64,000 bases of DNA, taken from positions 384,440-448,439 of the forward strand of contig CAVQUB010000021.1 in assembly GCA_963716725.1 (NCBI GenBank). The letters run 5' to 3'. Source of the stretch: an uncultured delta proteobacterium (GTDB taxonomy: Bacteria > Myxococcota_A > Polyangia > Polyangiales > Polyangiaceae). Below are positions 9,759-20,034 of the stretch, piece by piece. Numbering within the stretch: position 1 is the first letter of the stretch; each line of letters starts with the position of its first letter. The notes beneath the pieces are model-generated. The model ran no database searches. It was given only the letters and a program-made list of their open reading frames with translations, and was not told the DNA's origin. The position numbers were made by a program, and so were the translations under genes.

Positions 9759-11396
9759 CTAGCGGGCCAAAGCACGTGCAACTGCAATGGACGTGAGCGG
9801 GTGGTACTGCCCGAAATACATCGGCGGCGGCACCAGCGACGGTTTGACGAATTTTTTCACCGCCTGGATCGCGCCCAACACACTGTACTCCGTGGTGAAC
9901 ACAATCCCCTTGGGAATCTCTACAAACTGCCCAAGGAGCGCGAAGTTCTTTGAACCCGCCGGCACCACCGCGGGCCGGTCGCCCTTAGCTCTGCTGAGAA
10001 ACTGGCTGGTGCTGTAGGGCAGCAGGCAAGGGATGCAGGTGGAGGTGTCGAGGATCTCATTTTTCTCCCCCTCGTCCTGGTCGAACTGCAGGTGACCCAA
10101 CAACTCCTCCAGAATCTCGCGACCTGTGCACTCGGGCATGGTCTTCTTCACGAACGTGCCAATGTTGTCGCCGCCTAGTGCCGTCACCCAGATGACGCAC
10201 GTATCGCGGGGTTGGTCGGGGAACAGGGGCTGGCGGTACGTGTGCAGGTGCAGGATCCACGGGGACGCTGTGATGGGCAGCGGGCTCTGACGACCCATCT
10301 GGCGCTCCACCAACCACTCGAACTTGCGCTGGAACAATCCGCCGCGAAAGGTGACGGTGAAGGTCATCATCGTGGACTGCGAGATGTCGCGCAGGAACTG
10401 GTCGGGGCGGCCGAAGTCGGGCTGCTTGGCGGCAATCTTCTTCCACAGCGTCCACGCTCCGCCCAGGTTCTGGCTGCCGACCGCGGGCTTGTCCACCGGG
10501 CGGTCATGGGCACCGAACGAGGCGTTGCTGACGATGGAGCCGATGGTCAGGAAGACGAGGTCGGTGTCGCGCACCTGGATAGAGGGCTTTGCCTTGCCGC
10601 TCTCAGTCTCGAGGTGGATGCGCTCAATCCACCTCTCCTTGCCGCCGGAGTGCATTTTGAAGTCTACGTCTGAGATCCTGCAGTTGTAGTGGAAGTTCAC
10701 GCCCTTCTTCTGCATGAAGCGCAGGGCGGGCAGTATAAAAGAATGGAAGTTGGTATAGCGAGTACGCTCCAAAGCGACCATCGTGTTCATGTTTGGCATC
10801 TCGTGAAAGAAGAGGTGCATGTAGCGCTTCATCTCGACCGCTGAATGCCACGGCTGGAAGGCAAAAAGTGCCCGCCACATGTACCAGTAATTGCTGGTGA
10901 AAAAGGCTTCTCCAAAGATGTCCGTAATCTTTGCACCGTCTGGAATCAAGAACTCTGGTGTGACCAGAAGTCTTGCCATCTTCAATTTTTCAGCAGTGTT
11001 GAGACCAAGTTGATATCCGGTGTCCTTCTTACCATTCTCATGCAGAAGGCGAACGACAGTGTGAACTCTGCATTCTTCACGGTTCTTCTGATGGTCTTGT
11101 AGACACGATTCATCATCGTTGTACGGAATAATGGACCACAGTTCTTTGGTGCAGGGATATACCTTGTCTTCAAACATGCGACTGCCTTGCATAAAGTACG
11201 CCGGTTGGTCGTTCACTATCATCTCTGAGGCATCACAGCTTCCTCCAACAAGGTCCTTGTCGCCCTTTTGCTCAAAGATATGGATATTGGATGGATTAAA
11301 GTCTGCCTTCTGGATCAAATACATTGCAGCAGCAATGGAGCCCAAGCCGAGACCATTAAGATAAACGTTGACGGAAGAATCTTCTTTGTTTTTCAT
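9759..11396 (-). CDS. Oleate hydratase (MCRA family), divergent copy
   Basis: GLGLGSIAAA, GGSCD, FAFQPWHSAVE, NFALLGQFVE, VFTTEYSV. Confidence 0.85.
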   Translation of the reverse strand: MKNKEDSSVNVYLNGLGLGSIAAAMYLIQKADFNPSNIHIFEQKGDKDLVGGSCDASEMIVNDQPAYFMQGSRMFEDKVYPCTKELWSIIPYNDDESCLQDHQKNREECRVHTVVRLLHENGKKDTGYQLGLNTAEKLKMARLLVTPEFLIPDGAKITDIFGEAFFTSNYWYMWRALFAFQPWHSAVEMKRYMHLFFHEMPNMNTMVALERTRYTNFHSFILPALRFMQKKGVNFHYNCRISDVDFKMHSGGKERWIERIHLETESGKAKPSIQVRDTDLVFLTIGSIVSNASFGAHDRPVDKPAVGSQNLGGAWTLWKKIAAKQPDFGRPDQFLRDISQSTMMTFTVTFRGGLFQRKFEWLVERQMGRQSPLPITASPWILHLHTYRQPLFPDQPRDTCVIWVTALGGDNIGTFVKKTMPECTGREILEELLGHLQFDQDEGEKNEILDTSTCIPCLLPYSTSQFLSRAKGDRPAVVPAGSKNFALLGQFVEIPKGIVFTTEYSVLGAIQAVKKFVKPSLVPPPMYFGQYHPLTSIAVARALAR

Positions 11397-11464
11397 TTTG
11401 GTGTACCTTTCCTTTATTTATCCTTCTCGGTAAAAATCACAAGACTGACATTGAAGAAGCGTGG

Positions 11465-13234
11465 TCAATCGCCCGTGACAAGCCCGAACTCGCGCAGCAG
11501 TGCGCCGATCTGGGTCTTGTCAAGCTTGTTCATCAGCAGGTTACGCAGGAACGCAGGCCCCGGGACGTCGATCTCCTTGCCGTCGCGTAAGCGGCCGGTC
11601 GCACCCAGAAGCATGCGGATGTCGTAGGTGGAGTTGAAGACCTCCGGCACGCCACGCTCGACGTCAAGCAAGGTATAGACAGCTTCCATCGGCGTTCGCA
11701 CGGAATACTCAGTTGTGAAGATGCAGTCGCGCTCCCTGGACTCCGCGAACTGACCAATGAAGGCGAAGTTGACCGCGCCCTCGGGCACCACGTCTGGACG
11801 ATCGCCAGCCTGGCGTGGCATGAAGAAGGCCGTCACGTACGGCATCATCACCGGAATGGTGATGGCGCCGGTTGCGGCCAGCTCAGGGATGTCCTCGACC
11901 GGTACGCCCAGATGGTAGAGCCATTCCTGGGTGATTTCCTCGCCCGTGCAGTCCTGCATGGGCTTCTTCACGTAGTCACCCGGCTTCTCGACGAACAGCC
12001 CGTAAACCCACACCACGATCTGGTCCTTGGGCTGGGCCTTGAAGTGCGGCTGTCGGTTTACCGTCCAACTGAGCAGCCAGGATGAGTCCCTCGCGGTCAC
12101 GATGCCGCCAGTCACCACCTTGCCGCTGAACGGATCGCGCTTGGCGATCTTCTGGATGTACTTCGGGATGCGCGCATCGAGCGTGGTGACGGTGGCCGAC
12201 TCCCATTTGGTCTCGGGGATGTGCGCGCCGAACACCTCCGGGCGCCCGAACGCCGGATCCTTTGCGGCGATGCGCCGCCAAAGATCCCACGCCGGTGCAG
12301 GACCCACATTGAGATTTGGCGGTGTGTGGTGGTCGCCGTTGTCGGAGTTCTCGGTGAGCGAGCCGATGGTCATGAACACCAGGTCGTCCGGGCCAAGATC
12401 GACGCCGCCTTCAACGGCGTCCCTGCGCCAGTGGATGCGCTTGGCCTGTTTGCGTCCGGGTGCGATGTCGAAGTCGACATCGGTCACCTCGGTGCCGTAA
12501 TGGAACACCACGCCGTGATCAAGCAGCCACTTAACCAGCGGCAGCACCAGCGATTCGTACTGGTTGTACTTGGTGAACTTCAGCGTGGAGAAGTCCGGCA
12601 TGCCTTTGATTTGGTGTATGAAACGGTGCAGGTACAGCTTCATCTCCAGCGCCGAGTGCCACTCCTCGAAGGCAAACATCGTGCGCCAGTACAGCCAGAA
12701 ATTGCTGTTCAGGAATTCCTGACCGAACACCTCATTAATGCGCTTGTTCTCCATTTCTTCGCGGGTGGCCAGGAAGAGCTTGACGATCTCTTTTTGCGCC
12801 TGCTCGCTGAGCGTGAACAGGCCGTCGGTATGCGCGTCCTCGCCCCGATTCATGGTGGCGCGCTGCAAAGAGGAGTTCGGATCGTCCTTGTCGAGCCAAT
12901 AGAACTCGTCGAGTACACTGGCACCCTCGATCTCCAGCGACGGGATTGACCGGTACAAATCCCACAGGCATTCGAAGTGCTCTTCCATCTCGCGCCCGCC
13001 CCGGATGACAAAGCCCTTCTCCGGCTCCTTGATGCCGTCCAGCGCGCCACCGGGCAAGTGTTGCTGCTCCAGGATGGTGATTTGCTTGCCGGGCATCTGA
13101 CCGTCGCGGATCAGAAAGGCCGCGCCCGCCAGTGCCGCCAGACCCGAGCCGACGAACCAGGCCGTTTTGTTCTCTACGCCTTTGGGTTTGCGCGGGCGGG
13201 CGAACGCTTCGTAGTTGCCGTTGCTGTAGTACAT
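11465..13234 (-). CDS. ohyA: Oleate hydratase (myosin-cross-reactive antigen family)
   Basis: Typical start MYYSNGNYEAFARP (ATG 13234), GSGLAALA, GGALDG, RGGREME, FTTEYSVRT. Confidence 0.92.
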   Translation of the reverse strand: MYYSNGNYEAFARPRKPKGVENKTAWFVGSGLAALAGAAFLIRDGQMPGKQITILEQQHLPGGALDGIKEPEKGFVIRGGREMEEHFECLWDLYRSIPSLEIEGASVLDEFYWLDKDDPNSSLQRATMNRGEDAHTDGLFTLSEQAQKEIVKLFLATREEMENKRINEVFGQEFLNSNFWLYWRTMFAFEEWHSALEMKLYLHRFIHQIKGMPDFSTLKFTKYNQYESLVLPLVKWLLDHGVVFHYGTEVTDVDFDIAPGRKQAKRIHWRRDAVEGGVDLGPDDLVFMTIGSLTENSDNGDHHTPPNLNVGPAPAWDLWRRIAAKDPAFGRPEVFGAHIPETKWESATVTTLDARIPKYIQKIAKRDPFSGKVVTGGIVTARDSSWLLSWTVNRQPHFKAQPKDQIVVWVYGLFVEKPGDYVKKPMQDCTGEEITQEWLYHLGVPVEDIPELAATGAITIPVMMPYVTAFFMPRQAGDRPDVVPEGAVNFAFIGQFAESRERDCIFTTEYSVRTPMEAVYTLLDVERGVPEVFNSTYDIRMLLGATGRLRDGKEIDVPGPAFLRNLLMNKLDKTQIGALLREFGLVTGD

Positions 13235-13524
13235 GGGGGACTCCCTTGGTTGAGGTTGCAGCGACAGCCGTGGCGCGCGGGGTCTGCTGCGTGTAGGCGA
13301 TGGCACCGACGCGGCGCTTGAACTTCGCGCCGAAGTTGAGCCCGTCCTGCACATGACATGTGCGCGACAACTCTTTCGCAGCAAGTTTACGACCGAGCCT
13401 GCGTGTGCGTCTGTGCGGTGCCGTACGTCTTCAGCCAAGCTGGAGCGCAGGCTCTGGCCACCCTAGTTCGACAGCAACCGTCGTAATTCCCTGATTTGCA
13501 TAGAGGCGACCCTGCCGGCTGCCA

Positions 13525-14260
13525 CTACAACAAGGACAGTTGGGTATCTTGTGTCGGCTTCTTCAGGATCAGCGCGGCCAGGACGCCGGCCTGTTGGGTG
13601 TTGATGGCGGTGATGCCCGAGATCGGCGCCGCCTGGTTGATGCTCACGCGGTGGCGTTGAATGCGTCGCAGCGAGCCAGTGCCTTTTCGGGACTGAGATC
13701 GCTCTTGGTTAGCTTCAGTCGCTGGCGCATCACCCGGTAGATGATCAACGCCATGAAGCACAGCATGGCGTGCGCGCGGATCCGCTCGGCAGCCGGTGGT
13801 ACACCGGAGCGATCTCGATTTCGGACTTGAGCACGCGGAACCCGCGGAACCCGCGTTCGATGTCGGCCAGCGCCTTGTAGGGCTGCACGACCTTGGCCGG
13901 CGTCAGGTCGGCCACATTGGAAACCAGCAGCAGCTTGCCGTCCATCAGCTCGGCCTGCGCCAGTGCTGGCTCGTCCACCGTATAGCTGAACAGCTCGCTC
14001 TTCAGGTCGACCTTCACGATCCGCACCTGGTGGGCGTCACAGACCTCGTGATACAGCCGCGCCTTCGCGCCACTGCCCGACAGCTTGCGGCACCGGGCCT
14101 TCACGCCTAGGTCTTGTCCGTCGAGCTTGCCGGCCCAGTGGTTGGCCTTTTCCTGCAGCGCGGCGATGGGCTCGCGCCGCAGCACCGTCTACTCCTTCGC
14201 ACTCTCTGGGTGATGCGCCATCACCAAGCGCAGTCCTTGCCAGCAACGCCCGCTTGCGCA
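13525..14260 (-). mobile_element. IS1634-family transposase remnant (frameshifted)
   Basis: DGKLLLVSN, YKALADIERGFR.LKSEIEIAPVYHRL, then IRAHAMLCFMALIIYR in another frame. Confidence 0.75.
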
Positions 14261-14590
14261 CAAAGCGAAGTTAGACCTGGTCAGAAGTCGACTGACCAGT
14301 GTTCAGGCGTAATGAAACCGGGTGCTAATGATGATAACAAAGATGGATCGCCGCAAACTCATTCTGAGTACTTGAGTATCGTCGTTGTGAATGATTTAGA
14401 CCTCTTTAGGCGGTGCGGGATAGATACTGTAAAATAGTTTGCGCCAGCTTTTGACCTTTTAATGGTTAGATGCGGGGAGGGCGTTTTCGCAGGGGCGGCC
14501 GTATTTTGTCCCGGTCGGTTTGATTCTCGACCCTGTTCGCCAGAGCTCTCAGCCAAAGAAATAGGGAAAATTTTTTAAGAAATTTCTGAG

Positions 14591-14836
14591 CATGGTATTT
14601 CACATGGCACTAAGATACATGACCGATATTAACTACATGAAAATAATAGAAAATAATTGCTTATTTACCATCGAGTGGGAGTGACAGGAATTTTTAAAAC
14701 ATTGATATAAAACGATAAAATTAATCCAATTGATAATGTAATCTGCATCGTCAATGGTATTTTTCATGGTATTTCCGAGTGCTGTAAGGCAGAAAGCAGC
14801 AATACCATGAGTGGCAGATTGGCGCAATCATGGTAT
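14591..14836 (+). repeat. Junction J3: full attP-like element (246 bp)
   Basis: Degenerate left doublet 14591; core 14670-14684; right arm nearly identical to J1. Confidence 0.9.
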
Positions 14837-14945
14837 CAGCGGTCGGCACTCAGATATCGCCTTTTGAACGAGCGTGGCGTGATTATACTGGTGGGCACTG
14901 TTGATCACGGTGCCTACCCCCATTTCCGAAAGGCGTGTCCTTGTG

Positions 14946-16198
14946 TTATTTCAGTGCCTGCCAACCAGGTACGGCCTTGGTGAACTCTTCTTGAAATGCC
15001 GGACGTTTGATGTTGTCCTTTTTGACTTCGAGTGCGAAGTCACGCCAGCGAGATGGATCACGCAGCACATCAACCAACACATGGTGGACCTTCTTCATTA
15101 CCTGTGCCTTGCGGGTGTATTCCCTGCGCGTGGCGTTGGTCTTGAGGTTGCCCAGTCCTGATATATAGTATTTTAATATTGCCTCGGGATACCTGCCTTC
15201 AAGACGCTTGGCGGTCTGCAGTTCATAGGCGCTGTCCCAAGCGTAGAGGGGGTAACGGCTTCGGGTCAGCACCGCCACCGCTTCCTCGTACTCCTTGCGG
15301 TGCATGCGGATACGAAGTTGCTCCGTGTCCCGGGCGTTTTCCAGCCGTGCAAGGATTTTCGCTTCGTAACACTTCCACTCAGTGACCGTGCATAGTTTCC
15401 CAAATGTCTTGTACTTGTCGCAGGTCAGAGAATCGATCGCCTGATCAAACTGTAGTGCCAGGTAGCGTTCACGATTGCCGGCGGATTTGACACGCTTGGC
15501 AACGAACTGACGCAATTCATCCATGCGGCCTTTTCCCTTGAGTAGTCCTGTTTCCGCGACCTCCATGGCCTTCTGTTTTTCACCGGCCTTCCAGTGGAAA
15601 TCCGCCAAGTCGAAATAGTCGGTGCCAGTGGCCAGTTTACGCTGGCGCAGCTCGAGATATTTTCCACGGTCACCGAGGCGGCGATAAATGCGGCGGGCAT
15701 GGTCGAGTTTCCAGTCCCCTCCCATGGTCTCGAAGGCTTGCGCCAGTGCGCGCCAATCGGCGTCGGTGTAACAGGCCGCATAGGCCAGGTCGTAGAGGTC
15801 GTCGTCAAGTCCAGCATTACCGCTTTCGATATAGGGCAGGGCATTGTCGAGAAGTTTTTGCCGGTAGTCTGAATCGATCTTTTTCGTGAAAGCCCCTGTG
15901 CGATCTCTTGCAACAGGCTCGAAGCATGGATGTCGGCATCATAATCGCCGCCACCGTATGCATCCAGCTCGTCCAGATCTGGCGCGAGTTCGGCCCACAG
16001 GGCAAGCAGTTTTTCACTCTCGGACTGCTTCTTCCGACTGGGTGACAGGGCAGTATGCCTGTTCAGGTAGTCGAGGCACTCACGCCGGACATCGGGGCGT
16101 GAGGATGCCACGCGTACGATCAGATCGACCAGCTTTGCTTTCGGCGCGGTCTCCGGCAAAGCGGCCAGTGGATCATCCTGTTTACGTTTTCCCGCCAT
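14946..16198 (-). CDS. Helical hypothetical protein, frameshift near 15885
   Basis: ORFs 15425-16198 and 14946-15725 overlap and read as one ~415-aa TPR-like protein. Confidence 0.6.
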
Positions 16199-16207
16199 AA
16201 CGAACTG

Positions 16208-17231
16208 TTACCTGGGAAGCTGAAATTGAACGATCTGGTCCAGTAACGGCAAGGCCTTTACCCGGTACTCGTGACACAGGAGCTCGTCGGAAACCGGCTC
16301 CACCGTCGCTAAACCCATAAAGTCTGCGAAATGCACCAGCGAACGCCAGGTGTAACCGCGACGCATTGTCTCATCGGGGGAAATTACCTGGCTCGGTGGC
16401 ACTTCATCCAATAGCCGCGGAAAGGCGCCCAGGAAGGCATTTTCATAAAATGCCTGCGGTCGCCAGGCGTCACCGTAGCGGGTGAGCAGGCAAAGTGTGA
16501 ACAGGAAGGCGCTCTGCATGAATCTCAACTCAGGATAGCCGTCTCTGTGTGCCCAGTTGAACTGTTCGACATAGGCCCTGAACAATTTGGGGTAGATGGC
16601 AGTCATGCCGTCCCCTGCCTGCAGCTGGCGACAATCGCGGCTGAGGATAAATCGGCCCTTGTATTTGCGAATCAACCCCGCCAGTTCGGCCACAAGCCGG
16701 GTGACATGCAGATCGTCAAAATCCTCCTCCCGATTGATGCCGCCATATCGGGTCCGCTCCTGATATTTCTCTTTACCCAAGTAGGTCAGGGCGGCCTCGC
16801 GGCAGAAGTTGCGCGGCAGATTGCCCTTGGCGGTCGGTTTGAGGCCCTGCTCGCCGATGGCGTCGGTCAATAGCTCGAACAGGGTCAGTATTGGCGCGAC
16901 CGGGTTGCTGTGGAGCACCTCCGGAAAACGGACCAGCCCCTGTGATGCGAACGGAAAATTCAGTATCCGGTGCATCTGCTCGGGCGATAAACCGTGAAAC
17001 TCGTCCAGCTGCCGACGGTTTTGCTGTTGGGTAATCTGGTCTAGAAATGCCTGGGGACTCTTGCAGCGAGTTGAATTGCCGGCCTTCGAATGTTTCGCGC
17101 AAGGCTTCGGAAGTGCTTACCGCGTCAGGGTTGGATGCCGTGCTGTTCTCCTTGCCCAGGCAGCAGTGCTTGAATTTCTTTCCGCTGCCGCAAGGGCACG
17201 GATCATTGCGTCCGATGCCTGGTGTTTTTAT
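16208..17231 (-). CDS. SEC-C motif protein, frameshift near 17050
   Basis: Manual translation [19 protein letters not shown] upstream of ORF 16208-16975 ([10 protein letters not shown]); start codon reads ATA overlapping the upstream stop. Confidence 0.7.
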
Positions 17232-18403
17232 ATCACGATCTGCACAGAGTCGATTTCATGCCACGATAGTACAGTGACATCGGAACGTGTCTGTCGACTG
17301 TCGCCGCCGTAAACCAGCCATGCCTGTCCGGCGGTTCCGCCTGCCAGATTTTGCCAGAACTCCAGCCCTTTGAAGTAATCCTTGTTGATGGTTTGCCCAG
17401 ATTTGATTTCCAGCGGTGACAGATGGGTTCCGTGGTCAATCAGCAGATCCACCTCGTGTCCCGAACGATCACGCCAGAAGTAGAGGTTCGAGGTTTCGCC
17501 TGCGTTATAACGGGCCTTAAGCAATTCACTGATAACCCAGGTTTCAAACAAGGCACCCCGTTGAACGTGGGTAGCCAATTGCTCGTTGTTTTGGATGCCG
17601 AGGAGCCAGGTGGCAAGACCCGTATCCAGAAAATAGAGTTTGGGTGTTTTGACTAAACGCTTGTTGAAATTCTGGTGATGCGGTGGCAACAGATGCACGA
17701 TATAACTGGCTTCCAGTACGGATATCCAGGCTTTGGCTGTGTTGTGTGTAATGCCACAGTCATTGGCCAGCGAGGAAAGATTGAGGAGTTGTCCGGTCCG
17801 GCCCGCGCACAATTTTAGAAAGCGTTGAAATGTGCCCAGATCCTGTACCTTGATCAATTGCCGGACGTCTCGTTCCAGGTAAGTGCGCACATAGTTTCCA
17901 TACCAGGGGTGCGGTTCGAGTCCGCGGTCGAAGATGGGGGGATACGCCCCATCAAAGAGTATCTTGTCGACGCTCTTGCCAATTTTTCCTGAGCCTTGTA
18001 ACTCGCCGTAGGTCATGGGTAACAGCGTCAACAATGCGGCTCTGCCTGCCAGACTCTGCGTGATGCCTGTTAACAGACCAAACTGCTGAGATCCCGTCAG
18101 AATAAATTCGCCGGGTTGTTGCCTTTCATCGACGCGTGTCTGTAGATAGGAAAACAGGGCAGGGCAGCGTTGCGCCTCGTCCAGGATGGCGCCCCCACTG
18201 AATTGATTCAAAAAACCACGCGGATCCGTTTCTGCAAATTCCCTTTGGTCGAGATCTTCGAGTGATACATAACGGTGGTCGGGAAAGGCATGCCTCACCA
18301 GAGTGGACTTGCCAGACTGGCGTGGACCTGTGACCACAACCACTGGATAGCCGCTGGCGAAGTGTTGAAGTCTGGATTCTGCGTTCCGGGGGATGTAGGT
18401 CAC
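17228..18403 (-). CDS. AAA+ ATPase with DUF4143 (ATP-binding protein)
   Basis: [45 protein letters not shown]. Confidence 0.9.
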   Translation of the reverse strand: MTYIPRNAESRLQHFASGYPVVVVTGPRQSGKSTLVRHAFPDHRYVSLEDLDQREFAETDPRGFLNQFSGGAILDEAQRCPALFSYLQTRVDERQQPGEFILTGSQQFGLLTGITQSLAGRAALLTLLPMTYGELQGSGKIGKSVDKILFDGAYPPIFDRGLEPHPWYGNYVRTYLERDVRQLIKVQDLGTFQRFLKLCAGRTGQLLNLSSLANDCGITHNTAKAWISVLEASYIVHLLPPHHQNFNKRLVKTPKLYFLDTGLATWLLGIQNNEQLATHVQRGALFETWVISELLKARYNAGETSNLYFWRDRSGHEVDLLIDHGTHLSPLEIKSGQTINKDYFKGLEFWQNLAGGTAGQAWLVYGGDSRQTRSDVTVLSWHEIDSVQIVI

Positions 18404-18447
18404 GGTGGTTTCTGGTTGCTTTACACGCCTGTATTATGAGAGATAAT

Positions 18448-18478
18448 GGCTAATTGTCAATGTTATTGCCAATTAGCC
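18448..18478. promoter_or_regulatory. Inverted repeat upstream of the ATPase (putative operator)
   Basis: GGCTAATTGTCAAT-gtt-ATTGCCAATTAGCC, 13/14 match. Confidence 0.5.
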
Positions 18479-18497
18479 TATATTGCGCCTGGTACGT

Positions 18498-18562
18498 TGA
18501 TCCATTACCTGTAGGAGCAGGAGGGGATACAGCTGAAAGTCAACGCACGGAAGGTGGCTCAG
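18498..18562 (+). pseudogene. 3' remnant of the addiction-module antitoxin gene
   Basis: TGATCCATTACCTGTAGGAGCAGGAGGGGATACAGCTGAAAGTCAACGCACGGAAGGTGGC aligns with the ends of 30476-30802 and 58498-58824. Confidence 0.8.
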
Positions 18563-18622
18563 GGTGCTGTGTGGCAGTGTTCAATCGGCAATTTTTTCGA
18601 GCATTTTCAAGGATTTTCTGAG

Positions 18623-18868
18623 CATGGTATTTTTCATGGTATTACCAATGAGCAGGAGAATAAGCAATTGAATATAAAAGATAAAAATGGCCTGTTTACA
18701 ATCGAGTGGGAGTGACTGGGATTTTTAACCTATTGATTATTAAAAATAAAAAAGATCTAATTTATAATATAATCCGCATCATCAATGGCATATTTCATGG
18801 TATTTGTTCCGTGTGGCAAGGCAGAACACATCGATACCATGATAATAAAATTGAGTTTGGCATGGTAT
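18623..18868 (+). repeat. Junction J4: full attP-like element (246 bp)
   Basis: Left doublet 18623; core 18701-18715; right-arm motifs to 18868. Confidence 0.9.
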
Positions 18869-18964
18869 CAGGGCAATCGAGCGGCGTATTCGTAACTATT
18901 TGTCTTCGTGCCAGACAGTATGCCTCTAACGACAGAGGCACACGTTTCCACAAGTGATCGGTCA

Positions 18965-19057
18965 ATGGAAAACATGATCTTCGGCGAGGTGCCGGATATC
19001 GAGCCGATTCTGGTGGTGCTCCAGACGCTTCAGGAAGAAATCAATCATGACGAGTGA
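18965..19057 (+). pseudogene. C-terminal remnant resembling AbiEii-type nucleotidyltransferases
   Basis: MENMIFGEVPDIEPILVVLQTLQEEINHDE*; short and recognised by eye only. Confidence 0.4.
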
Positions 19058-19079
19058 TGCGATCATGAAGGCCTGTATG

Positions 19080-19434
19080 TGGGAGTAGCGTTGAGTCATC
19101 CGAGTAGAGTTTTCTGCCAGTCACAAGGGCGGGGGATGACAGGGATGACAGGGATGACTTTGGCGGAGCCTTCAGCATGATGCTCAAGCGCCCGTTTCAT
19201 CTCAATGTCGTAGGCGTAGTGAGAATGCAGAAAGTCTGAACTCACGAGCAGCAGCACGATGTTGACCGCCGACTCCTGTTGGTTGCTGATCTCTCAGTCG
19301 AATTCGTCACCTGGGCCGATCCGGCGGTCTTGCCAGATATCAATCAGATCATCCCGTCGAAGAGCTGCAAGGTGCTTTCCCACCTCTTTCCGCAGATCTT
19401 CATCTTGATGTGAGTACAACGTACTTTCGCCCAT
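19080..19434 (-). pseudogene. TIR-domain (TIR_2) pseudogene
   Basis: YSHQDEDLR..HLAALRR..IDIWQDRRIGPGDEFD*EIS..IVLLLVSSDFLHS.Y.YDIEMKRALE..VIPVIPVIPRPCDW; in-frame stops; not in the ORF track. Confidence 0.8.
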
Positions 19435-19627
19435 CAGTGTGGTCATTTCACAGCGCTCTTGCGCTGAGCTTCTTGACGCAGGTCAGTGCATAATTGGGTT
19501 GATTACATTAGATTATATACGATTCTATCCCGTTTTATTGGACAGGGCGTCACGGCAGTAGCTTTGATGGTCGTACCTGTCGAAATCGCTTTTTATTGAA
19601 AATCGGTTGGAGCCAGAGGGCGAACAA

Positions 19628-19810
19628 ATGATTGAAGACCGCTGGTTGTCGGTAGAGGAAATCGCGGCTTATCTCGGGGTCAAGCGCGACACCGTCTACA
19701 AGTGGATCGAGCGCAAGGCCATGCCGGCTCACAAGGTTGGCCGACTATGGAAATTTAGAAAAGACGAAGTCGACCAATGGGTCAGGCACGGCGGCGCGAG
19801 CGAGGGCTAA
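19628..19810 (+). CDS. Excisionase-like HTH_17 DNA-binding protein
   Basis: MIEDRWLSVEEIAAYLGVKRDTVYKWI..MPAHKVGRLWKF. Confidence 0.85.
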   Translation: MIEDRWLSVEEIAAYLGVKRDTVYKWIERKAMPAHKVGRLWKFRKDEVDQWVRHGGASEG

Positions 19811-20034
19811 TGCATGTGTGACAAGGTGACAACAGAGGAAGAGGTGAAGGATCGAATGGCTGAAAAGCAGGGTGCGGATAGGTTTGTGAACGCGATATTC
19901 ACGATGACCATACCGTCGATGCTGCCAGCCTGGGCCGGGAGAGGCGCATGCGCAATGAATCAATGCAGGGTTGGCCGTGATAGCGCTGCGACTGGTACGA
20001 GTTCCGTGAACTCACATAGAGAAGAGCGACCAAC

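Noticed and set aside
19133..19159. GGGATGACA x3 (and CGGAACCCG x2 near 13835) as functional repeats
   Set aside because: Short slippage duplications inside pseudogenes.
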